A stretch of 62,851 nt of DNA, counting the filler, from Vannella sp. (lineage: Eukaryota), in NCBI GenBank assembly GCA_023345925.1. It is 5 parts of 5 records of this genome, joined end to end, with 100 filler letters (N's around TTAATTAATTAA, not from the genome) between each part and the next. Parts side by side here need not be neighbours in the genome. Positions count along the whole stretch, not along the records: positions 1 to 10,740 come from JAJQQN010000389.1; 4 more parts are not named here. The stretch is one strand, 5' to 3'. Shown here in pieces: positions 1 to 9,067 of this stretch (positions are counted from its first letter, which is position 1; each line of letters opens with the position of its first letter). The notes beneath the pieces are model-generated. The model was not told the DNA's origin and searched no databases. It was given only the letters and a program-made list of their open reading frames with translations. The position numbers and the translations under genes are program-made.

Positions 1-2063
1 CAAAGGGTTTTGGAGTTCGGTGTCGACTCGCGACTTGGCGGATGCCGAGCGATGGAGGCTTTCTTCTCTGCTTTTGGGGAGGAGAGCCACCATGGTGTGA
101 CGTTTGATGCCATCAGGGCGTTGTGTGGGGTCTGTGCGACTGCATAGCTGATAGAGATTGTAGAAAGGGTAATATTCGACTCCCAATTCAGTCGGCTCTG
201 CCGGGGGAATGCCGGCAAGAATGCTCTCGGAGATGGAGAAGGAAGATTCGCACTCACTATAAGGGCTTTGAAGGAAGAGCAGCTCAAAGATGACCATTCC
301 AAAGGAGAAAACTGCGCCGAGTTAGAGGGGACCAGTGAGTCAGGTGAGAATGTCTTACTGTCGCAATTAATAGTGTATCCCTGTTCCTTGGCTCGAAGGA
401 CTTCAGGAGCCATAAATCCCGGTGTCCCACTGGTTTGGTAGAGGAGAGAGCGTTCGCTGTCGACTTGAACAGCCGTGTCAAAGTCAGCCACTACCACCTC
501 TCTTGCAACCCCTTGGCTGTCAAGATTGACGAAGAAGTTTCCACTTTTCAGGTCCCGATGAGCGATATAGAAAGAATGAAGATAATTGATCCCTCCAGCA
601 ATGGCTGAGATATACTGACAAAGCTCTGGAATCGGAAAGGGGCCCAATCCGGACTTGCGTCGCTTCGTTATCACATCCTGAAGTGAGCAATCGTACAAAG
701 ACATGTAAAGCTGAATCCTCTTTGGAGTTGTGGTGTGGAAAAAGTACCTGGCCAGGTTGGGATGATGAGGAAGAGCCTCTAAAACGGCAATTTCTGTGAG
801 GAATCCGCTGGCGTCGGTTGTCCCATCCACAATGAGTTCCTTCATAGCACACTCCATCCCATCAACCAGAACAGAATGGATTCGCGCGTAGCTACCTCCC
901 GCCTCGGCAATGAGTCTCAGCTTTTGGACTCGCGAGGAGTCAAGATCGAGGCGAGCTATCCTCTTCCTGGACCTGCGCGATGCGTGAAGCTTGCGACGGC
1001 ACGCTTGTATGTCTTGCTTGAGTTTCTTTTGCCACTGAACACCAACAGGAGCAGGAGGCATCGAGTGGAGGTCCTCTCCTGCAACCCCAAGGAGCGTGGC
1101 GAGGACAAAGCGAAGTGCTGCAAGGTCCTCTTCAGCAAAGGAGTTCAACTCTCTTCCTAACCACTCTTGGCAGAGCTGACGGCGTCTCCGTTCAATCAGC
1201 TTCTCTTGGGCGAGGATAATCCGTTGAAGCTCCTCCTCGTGGTTAGCAAGTTGCTCTCCCGGTCGCTTGAAGAGGAAGTGACGCCCGTTTACGTAATCAA
1301 CGAGGACCACGTCCTCAGCAACAAGCACTTCGACGTCCTCGATGGACTCGAGGAGGCGGCAGCCGTCCCAAACCTGTTCCGGACGCTCTTTGCACAGCTT
1401 TTCGAAGAGTCTCTCGCAGAGCTCTGCCGCAGTAGTACTCTCCTGTATGGGGAGCGTCTTGAAGTTGTTGTCTTGAAGCCTCACACGGATGACTCTAGGC
1501 CGGGGAGCGGTTTCCTCGATCACAGTGCTACTTAAGTCTGGGGAAGACGTAACTCGAGAGTGCGTTTGCTTTGGTACAAGGTCTGGGGGGTTCCTGGCTG
1601 CCTCTGTGTTGTTCCTTGAAGTCTTCCCGCGTCGCCAGTTCAACAGGGTTTTCACAGACTTGCGAGGGCGAGCTTCCCCATCGTTGTGCTCGATGTCATT
1701 CTTTGAAGTAGTTGCTAATGGAACAGGTGGCTCTCTGGGCGCAGGAGAGGTGATCCCAAGGTTGTGCCGAACAGGAGGAGGGCTGGAACAGATTTCAGGC
1801 GAAGATAGATCGTTTGGTAGCTCTGGAGGTAGCTCATGTTGTGGAAAGAGAGTATCATTGACGAAAGGTCTACCACGAGAGGCGTCTGGGGACAAACTCC
1901 CCTCTTCTTTACCAGGCCTCCACAACGGCGAGGAGGGATCAGGAGAAAGCGGAGCCACTGATGACTCATCTGCTTGGGTAGTGCGAGATGGTATCACAAC
2001 CTTGAGCGTTAACGGGGGGCTCTCACCAGCAGTTGGGTTCGGTTGGTCCTCCCCCATTCCCAT
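1..2063 (-). CDS. Ser/Thr protein kinase with N-terminal Pro/Ser-rich region and RA/ubiquitin-like domain; 3' end runs off window; absent from ORF track
   Basis: Manual minus-strand translation from ATG 2063: RVIRVRLQDNNFKTLPIQESTTAAELC (RA-like), then AGGSYA...CAMKEL...HRDLKSGN...VADFDTA...GTPGFMAPE; 47-nt GTAAG...CAG intron at 358-312 restores CDIFSFGM. Confidence 0.85.
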   Translation of the reverse strand, partial: MGMGEDQPNPTAGESPPLTLKVVIPSRTTQADESSVAPLSPDPSSPLWRPGKEEGSLSPDASRGRPFVNDTLFPQHELPPELPNDLSSPEICSSPPPVRHNLGITSPAPREPPVPLATTSKNDIEHNDGEARPRKSVKTLLNWRRGKTSRNNTEAARNPPDLVPKQTHSRVTSSPDLSSTVIEETAPRPRVIRVRLQDNNFKTLPIQESTTAAELCERLFEKLCKERPEQVWDGCRLLESIEDVEVLVAEDVVLVDYVNGRHFLFKRPGEQLANHEEELQRIILAQEKLIERRRRQLCQEWLGRELNSFAEEDLAALRFVLATLLGVAGEDLHSMPPAPVGVQWQKKLKQDIQACRRKLHASRRSRKRIARLDLDSSRVQKLRLIAEAGGSYARIHSVLVDGMECAMKELIVDGTTDASGFLTEIAVLEALPHHPNLARYFFHTTTPKRIQLYMSLYDCSLQDVITKRRKSGLGPFPIPELCQYISAIAGGINYLHSFYIAHRDLKSGNFFVNLDSQGVAREVVVADFDTAVQVDSERSLLYQTSGTPGFMAPEVLRAKEQGYTINCDSKTFSPDSLVPSNSAQFSPLEWSSLSCSSFKALIVSANLPSPSPRAFLPAFPRQSRLNWESNITLSTISISYAVAQTPHNALMASNVTPWWLSSPKAEKKASIARHPPSRESTPNSKTL

Positions 2064-2545
2064 TCCCTTCAAAAATGGACTTTCGAAACGTTGGCATCAA
2101 TTCATCATCATTGGCCTATTTTTTTTGTTGCTTTAGAGTGGAAAGCTGATTCATGTTGATATTACAAAACTGGTCTCGTCTGGTCTGGTCTGTTGGAACA
2201 ATTGCACATGACCCTCAAACCCGCCCAAGCTGGGCGGGCTTTCTTGTGGAGTTGCCCCGAGAGAGAGTTCACGGACCCCCTAAAACTCTAAAAACACAAA
2301 TTTGATCGAATCCAGTAGAATTTAGAAGTACATTAAACGGAGGCCAGCGGACGTGGTTTAGTGGGGCCGTGAACTCTCTCCGAAGTGCCAACTTCCTTTT
2401 TGACGCCAAGCTGGGTGGGCTATTTTTAAGTTCCTTTAGTTCCGTTGCGTTGAAGACAATCTCCACCAATGCCTCTACGAATGAACTTTGTTATGTATTG
2501 AGGAGCCGCTGTGCGGTTGGATGGTTGGTGGTGAGTGTGAAACTC

Positions 2546-2869
2546 TCAATTGGGATCCATTTTGCATATTCTGGTGGATGGAGGTTGAGAAGGAGAGGAC
2601 AAATCAGAAGAGAACTTTCGGATCAATTGGTCTTGCCTCTGAATAATAGCTGCTTGGCGAGAACAGAGGTCTTGCATTCTCGACAATTCCTCTTGAAGGG
2701 AATCAACATCCTCTTTATCTTTGCTACCCAATGAGGGGGCTCGATCGAATTGGCTGGTCCTCTTCAGGATGCTGACTGGAGCTATGGAAGGGTCCGAGGA
2801 GGCCTTTGATATGGACTTTGAAGCTTTGTTCTGGACGGGAATGAACGACACCCTTCTGTGATGAGCCAT
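2546..2869 (-). CDS. Small hypothetical coiled-coil protein with RVSF and SILK motifs (possible PP1 interactor)
   Basis: Part of ORF 2546..2983; ATG at 2869 avoids overlap with the upstream RING gene; HRRVSF, SILKR and a heptad-like VDSLQEELSRMQDL segment. Confidence 0.45.
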   Translation of the reverse strand: MAHHRRVSFIPVQNKASKSISKASSDPSIAPVSILKRTSQFDRAPSLGSKDKEDVDSLQEELSRMQDLCSRQAAIIQRQDQLIRKFSSDLSSPSQPPSTRICKMDPN

Positions 2870-2979
2870 GGACGAGGAACAAATGGATCTTCCGTCATGA
2901 CCAACCAAAAGCGACCAGGAAAAGTTCTTTTCCCGGAATTTTTGACTAAATTTTCGAGGTACTTTATCGTCTTGTTCGT

Positions 2980-3915
2980 TCATTCCAATCCGGGTGGTCT
3001 TGAGTAAGGAGTCTCTTGCTGGCGACTCTCTGCCTGGCGGACGCTGGGCCGTTTCCCCACGACGACACTGGAGGGGATGATCAATGGGGAGTCTTGCTCT
3101 GAAAGACCAACGATGCTGAAGGGGCGGCCAGTTGGTGTCGCAGTTCGAGATTCATATCGCACGTGGATCAGAGATGATAAAGGGAACTCTCCTCGACACT
3201 GGGGGCAGACAGCGAACGACCGCCGATTGCAATCAGAGTTCTCCCAGTAGTGGCGCAGCATGCACTCCACACAAACCGGCATCTCCTTGCACGTGCAGAA
3301 GACTTCTGAGGTTCCAGGAAGAAGTCGGCAATCCGATGTTCTTTCCACGCAAAGGATGCACTCCACTGGGTCCAGAGGAAACCAGAAAGGCGGTTTCTCC
3401 TTGATCTTCCGTAGGTTATGGAAGACGAACTCCTCCACATTCTGCGGGAAGTTGTGCTCCACGATGAGCTTGACTTCAGAGTCAAGAAAAGCCAGCACTT
3501 CCTCAGAGAATGCCGCTCTTGTGCTGGTCTGCAGCAGAGCTTCTCGTAGAATGGCGATGAACCTGGTGCGAACCATGCAGCTCTCTGGATATTGATCTAA
3601 ATCGAGCAGTTTCAACTCCTTGACACAATCTTCCACTGTCAGCCTGGTTAAGTCCATCGCCCGCCTGACACGAGATAGAAACGTTTCAAAAGACTTGGCG
3701 GCCCGATTGTGGATGGGGAACATCTGTTCCACGGGCTGCAGGTAAACAGGAAGAATGATCTTCCTTGCTTCGGCCAACTCAGCCTGAGTTGATGGCTCTC
3801 CCTCGTCCTCGAACACCCCAGCCTCCTCGCTTGGATCATCCGATTCATAATCACTTGAAGAAGAGTAACCAGACTCTTCGGGCGCTGTGGCTGAAGACTC
3901 AGCCGGCTCCTCCAT
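2980..3915 (-). CDS. C4C4-type RING finger protein, paralog 1
   Basis: CILC-x17-CTC-x5-CVEC-x18-CPQC; acidic N-terminus; intronless; close paralog at 7790-8794. Confidence 0.75.
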   Translation of the reverse strand: MEEPAESSATAPEESGYSSSSDYESDDPSEEAGVFEDEGEPSTQAELAEARKIILPVYLQPVEQMFPIHNRAAKSFETFLSRVRRAMDLTRLTVEDCVKELKLLDLDQYPESCMVRTRFIAILREALLQTSTRAAFSEEVLAFLDSEVKLIVEHNFPQNVEEFVFHNLRKIKEKPPFWFPLDPVECILCVERTSDCRLLPGTSEVFCTCKEMPVCVECMLRHYWENSDCNRRSFAVCPQCRGEFPLSSLIHVRYESRTATPTGRPFSIVGLSEQDSPLIIPSSVVVGKRPSVRQAESRQQETPYSRPPGLE

Positions 3916-4052
3916 CCGCAGGGAAAGTGACTAATTTCTCGTCCTTACGCTTTCAACATTTGCTACATCAGCAGTCCTTTCGACGTCCCTAAGCATTAGA
4001 TTTACAATTTCACATGCTCTCAACTATTTTGATTTGTTTCATAATGTTCATC

Positions 4053-4066
4053 CGGTCACGTGACCG
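4053..4066. promoter_or_regulatory. Perfect 14-bp palindrome CGGTCACGTGACCG (E-box/CLEAR-like)
   Basis: Exact palindrome ~140 bp upstream of the RING paralog 1 start. Confidence 0.35.
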
Positions 4067-4281
4067 AGCCCTGGGGGAAGTGTTTGCCAGTGCTCTATCA
4101 ATATCAGCTCTTAGCTACTGCTGAGTGCATTAAGTACGTTATTCAAGGCCTGATCGATGAAAGAAAGAGGAGGGAAAGAAGGATTAGCTTGTTGTGAAAG
4201 GGTTTTAAGTCCCAAAACAAATAAATAGCGCACTGAAGATCTGTTTTGGAGGTTCAAAATGGTTCAGCACAAGAGAAGAGA

Positions 4282-7262
4282 TTATTCTGCTTCCTGAGAA
4301 CGACTTCGCTGAATCTCGATTATCTTGAGGAGCTTGGGGAGTGCGTTTTTGTAGCTGAGGTGCCCGAAGATGTGCGGCGTGACATCGATATTCTCGATAG
4401 CTGGACACTTAATCATTTCTAGTCCAGCAGGGCGCGCAGTTAGTCCAGCAGCTCGGTGTACCAGCCCGAGAATCCAGTCCGTTTTGCAGTATGCATTAAC
4501 AACCCTTCCTGCTACTAGAGGGCGGATGGCACTCCAAGTGACGGAGTCAGAAGAACACGCGCCACCCAAGAGAAAAACGTTTTCTAAGATGCCGTGAACG
4601 TTTTTGCCTTCTCCTTGTAACTGGATTAGTCTCTTTAAGCAGGAAAGGACCACTTGGGCGCCCAGTGAGACCCCAATGAGTGTGACTGGCCGTTCCCCAT
4701 GGACTCTTTCGACCAGAGTGTCAGCCAACATCCGACCTACTTTCTTAGCACGAGCCCGGACGACAGTCCAAGGATTATCTAGCGCAGTAGCAACCATCAT
4801 AACAGTCAAGGGAATCGCCAGAGCAGCCAAAAGAGAGGCTGCAAGTGCGGATAGAGCAATCAGAACATACTTTGCAATCTGACAAGCCAAAGTGGTGGCG
4901 ATAGTCTTGACAAGACAGAAACCGAGCTCTTGGAGAGCTTCCGTTTCCCACCGCAAAGAGTAGACCTCTGCAGAGGGATCTACTTCGCGAACTGGAACCC
5001 ACATAGTGACTACTTCACTTCTCCTCCAGAGCCATCCTTGAACGCAAATGACCACTCGAAGTCCGTTATTCGCGATAAGGTTCATCTCTTCCATCTCCTC
5101 GTCTTCTTCTTCTTCTGGAAGAGAAGTAGGTGCCGTTTTATGGCACATAGAAGGGTCCACAGGAGTGTCAAACGTTGGAATGTCAGGGATAGTTCGAGGC
5201 TTTACCAAAGTCCAACCTGTTGTTGGGGTTTGTAGAGGCTGGTCGTCGTTTTGGCTCTCTACTTTTGCCTCTATCTCTTCTGGAGGTACTTCTGGACAAG
5301 GACCCTTTTCTTCGAACTCCTGTCGTTTGGCATTTGACGGTTTGACGGGTTTCCAACATTCCTCTTGGACATTCTTGACTTCCGATTGAGTGTGGGAGAA
5401 ACTGCCAATCCGATGAGCAGCTTCTAGTTTAAAGGTGTGTTGGCGAGGAACTCTGTGCCTGGGAAGAACTTCCAGAGTTTCCTCATCCACAACAAAAGGG
5501 TCTTCTAGCATTGCAGCCTCTGCTTCAATGATTTCTTTCGCCTTCTTACTGATGGCAGAAGGGATAGAGCAAAACGCAAACTCTGTAATTCCTGCCGTCA
5601 ATCTGTGGGCCTTGTAACCTCCCAGACCTGCTCCCGCCGCTCCAAAAACTATTGGATGTGAGTAAAAGATCAGTTTCTCACAAACTGCTTACTTAAAGGA
5701 AGGGAAGGCGCCATTGCCAGAGCGGCCAAGTTACCTCCTACAAGAATGGCAGTAGAAATTCCAAGACTGGCGGGTAACGCAGCTGCAAGAACTACAGTCC
5801 CACTAAGAAACACTGGAATAAGAAGTGGTGCTGCTAGGAGACCAGCAGCGAAAAGGATTCCTCCTCCGATAGCTGTACCAACTACAAGTTTGGTTCGACG
5901 GGTGGAAGACTTGTTGAGGGATCCCTTTTTGTGTTCCATCTCGGTCAGCCGACGCTGAAGATAGTCTGCGCATGAAGCCTCCATATCTAACAGCTCTTGT
6001 AGTGGAATATCCAACCTAAACGCGCATTCTTCGATGGCAACGTGAGCACGAGAGTCCACTTTACCGAATCGGATGGCCTCGGAAAGGAGATACCAGATGA
6101 ACGACCATTTGACTGGCTTATCAAGGGATTGTAGTTCAGTAGAAGGACATTTTGAATCTGATTTGAAGAGTACAGACGAATGCACAACCGATTCAGGAAG
6201 CTCCAACTGTTTCAAGAGTTGGATTAAGAGCATATTGAGGTCTGATGGCCATTCACGAGCCGCAAAGATGGTCAACCGACCTAAAGCTAATCTCTCCTCT
6301 TCAGTAAGAGCCAAAAGAGGCTGTTCAAAGGAGTCAGGATGCAGTCTGCCGCAGGGAATCGCCCGAATCGCTTGGGGAATGCCGAGAATGTCGAGTAATT
6401 CTGCGTTCTCTCGGATGCTGCGGCACGCTAGCAGGAGCTTCAAGTATGACTCAAGATGCCGGCAATGTATATCCATTATATCTAGGGGCTGTGGGGTGTC
6501 CCATTTGACGGAGGGGAAACTGGGAAGTTGGAGGGAGCGGTAAGTGGATTTGGCCTTCTCATGGAAGGCAGCCAGCTGGCTATAACGGCACTCTGTGCTC
6601 ACCGTTTGCTGACCACAGGCGATCTTCAACGGATAGGAGAAGTGGCCGTGTGCCACAGCATCAGCACTGTTTGTGAGCCTCCGCAAACGCTCCTTTACTC
6701 GATCTCTCTTTCGTTCTGGCGAGTTGTACGCTGAATAGGCCAAGAAGTGAGGATGACTCACTTCTACACGGATGCCACCCAGTACTTGAGGCTCTTCAGC
6801 ATCCACTTGACTGCCATTCGTGTGATCCTCTTCCGGGGTGACATCACCGCGTTCGTTTATCACCCAGAACGCTGGTGGCTCACCTCTGGCAACAGAGTAG
6901 ATAGGTAAACGGAGTCTCTTGAAGTGTTCAAGGTCTAGAGGGTGCACTTCTCGTCCATTCACCCACACGTTAGTTGGTTGGTACTCCTCCTGGTTCCACT
7001 TGGTGCTCCAGTTCCCTTCGCAGCCTTGGCGAATGAAAGAGAGTTGTGGAGACGTTCTCCCTTCGATAGGTCCGCCCACCCAGCCCCACAAGCCACTCAG
7101 AGGGTCATACCAGAAGTGCTCCTTCTCGTCCACCTCCTCATCGTCAACCATGGACTCCACTCCTTGGTACGCATGGCACTTGGCTATACCAGACCTCCAC
7201 AACGCGCCCTCTTCTTCTCCCAAACATTGGCGGTTCACCCAAAGGCCCTTCTCCTTCTCCAT
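4282..7262 (-). CDS. TMCO4: TMCO4/DUF726 (Mil1-like) alpha/beta-hydrolase-fold membrane protein with N-terminal XLG/EDR4-like domain and PX domain
   Basis: ORFs 5670..7352 and 4282..5601 joined by 44-nt intron 5692-5649; DNPW...GERPVTLIGVSLGA...VVNAYCKTDWILG...GHLSY are DUF726 motifs; RYSQLAAFH...LPSFP...LESYL is PX-like; first ATG at 7262. Confidence 0.85.
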
Positions 7263-7333
7263 CCCTCTCTTTCCCCTCAGAGAGATTCGGAAAAAATGGA
7301 CATCATTGGTTTGAAGGCTCTCACGCCCACTTG

Positions 7334-7404
7334 CTGATTGGTCAGTTGGCAATTTCTGGATCTTTCATTGGCCAGTTCAGGCAGGACCAAAACTGACCAA
7401 TCAG
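7334..7404. promoter_or_regulatory. Cluster of extended CCAAT boxes forming a 14-bp inverted repeat
   Basis: CTGATTGGTCAGTT 7334-7347, CATTGGCCAGTT 7366-7377, AACTGACCAATCAG 7391-7404, upstream of TMCO4; same motif at 59311 upstream of PKA-C. Confidence 0.5.
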
Positions 7405-7541
7405 AAGTTGCCCTTCACCCATTGCAAGCCCCTCTTCCTCTTCCTCTCCCTCTGGAGAGCCTTTGGGCATTGATGCGACCTTTGCAGCAACCCGGTCTTG
7501 GTAACGCATTTAGGAACTGGGCTGGCAAATTGTGTTTCGTC

Positions 7542-7650
7542 ACTGCAAGAACCTTTGTTACAACTGAACAAGCGATCACAAGCAGGCTTAGGCCTCTCTT
7601 AACCCAGGGAATCACTTCTGGAACGGCAGAACGGTATCTTCCATCCTCCT
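7542..7650 (-). repeat. Degenerate copy of the TMEM43 3' end and 3' flank
   Basis: CACTTCTGGAACGGCAGAACG identical at 7613-7633 and 9122-9142; further colinear matches GCAGGCTT and CTGCAnGAACCTT. Confidence 0.65.
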
Positions 7651-7789
7651 GCGCCAGACAGAACACTTAGCCCAGACAAACCCATCAGGGGGAATAATAT
7701 AATGGTTGGCTAAGCCATGGCGCAGAGAGTCATCGCCTTAATACCCAGAGAGGCCATTTTTCTGTGTTCTCTGTTTATATGAACAGGAA

Positions 7790-8794
7790 TCAACGACACC
7801 AAGGGCCAACCTTCGTGATGAGGTGGCCCCTATGTTTGAAACGCCTCGGCTGAGGAGGCGATCCATGCACGGACGAACGGCGGCAATCTTTGAGTTTTGA
7901 GGGAGTCTCCTGCTTCAATAAACGCCGCGTCTTTTGCTGCTTCCGCCGGCGCTTCAAGGTGGAATCCTTCGGAGGAGGCTCCTGCTCTTCACTCAAGGAT
8001 GGTTCAGATGGCGCAGATGGCGCAGAGAGTGCCAATGGTGCTGATGGTGCATTCCAAGACTCATATTGCACATGAACCAGATTGGACAAACGGAACTCTC
8101 CTCGACATTGTGGGCAGACAGCAAACGACTTTCGATTGCACTCTGAATTCTGCCAGTAGTGGCGTAGCATACACTCCACACAAACCGGCATCTCCTTGCA
8201 CGTGCAGAAGACCTCCGAGTTCCCAGGAAGTAGTCGGCAATCCGATACTTGTTCCACACAGATAATGCACTGAACTGGCTCAAGAGGAAACCAGAAAGGA
8301 GGTTTCTCCTTGATCTTTTGTAGGTTTTGGGAGACAAACATCTCCACATTCTGCGGGAAGTTGTGTTCCACGATGAGTTTGACTTGCGATTCAAGGCGAG
8401 CGAGAACCTCTTCCTCGGGGAGTGCTGCGCTTGTACTGGCTCGCGAGAGAGCTTCCTTGAGAGATGCAATCAAACGCATTCGCACCATAATAATGCAGCT
8501 CTCTGAGTATGGATCTAAATTGAGATGCTGCAACTCATTAATGCAATCTTCTACGGTGATTCTTGCCTTGTCCATCTCCTCTCTGCTAGATAGGAAGTGT
8601 CCCAACGCCAGTGCACCATTCTGGTGGATCTGAAACATCGTTTCCAAGGGTTGTGTGTAGAAAGGAGAAAAGACAATCCTTCCTGCGGCGATCAAATCTG
8701 CTTGAGTCGCCCCCTCCTCCCAGCTGTTGTCATCAGCAGCACTGGCAGAGTCACGGATTAAAGCTAAAGTGGTGTCATCGGATTCGTCCGACAT
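7790..8794 (-). CDS. C4C4-type RING finger protein, paralog 2
   Basis: Same Cys pattern; near-identical KLIVEHNFPQNVE...CTCKEMPVCVECMLRHYW core to paralog 1; basic C-tail. Confidence 0.75.
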   Translation of the reverse strand: MSDESDDTTLALIRDSASAADDNSWEEGATQADLIAAGRIVFSPFYTQPLETMFQIHQNGALALGHFLSSREEMDKARITVEDCINELQHLNLDPYSESCIIMVRMRLIASLKEALSRASTSAALPEEEVLARLESQVKLIVEHNFPQNVEMFVSQNLQKIKEKPPFWFPLEPVQCIICVEQVSDCRLLPGNSEVFCTCKEMPVCVECMLRHYWQNSECNRKSFAVCPQCRGEFRLSNLVHVQYESWNAPSAPLALSAPSAPSEPSLSEEQEPPPKDSTLKRRRKQQKTRRLLKQETPSKLKDCRRSSVHGSPPQPRRFKHRGHLITKVGPWCR

Positions 8795-9067
8795 GTGGCT
8801 TGTCCTCCCAACAACAAGAAATAAAGGAAGAAAAAGAAGCCTTCGTTATCACTTTCATTCATTTCCCGGAAGTTTTGGAAGCTTTTCTGTCTGCATCGCT
8901 TTTGCATCGTCCTCTCGTTGAGAGAGTGCACAAAACTGCATCTGCAGGCCTCTTTGAATACGATCCAAGATCATTCTGAAGAGTGTAAGTGAATTGATGG
9001 AGGCCATGGACTTGAAGGCCTGAAATGAACTCAAGAACAGTCTGCATGAACCTTGTTTTATCATGTG

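Noticed and set aside
876..2136. Plus-strand ORFs 876..1160, 1167..1535 and 1489..2136
   Set aside because: Antisense to the continuous RA-kinase reading frame
7415..7666. 83-aa minus-strand ORF as a real gene
   Set aside because: Non-ATG start, overlaps a degenerate TMEM43 duplicate fragment, no domain features
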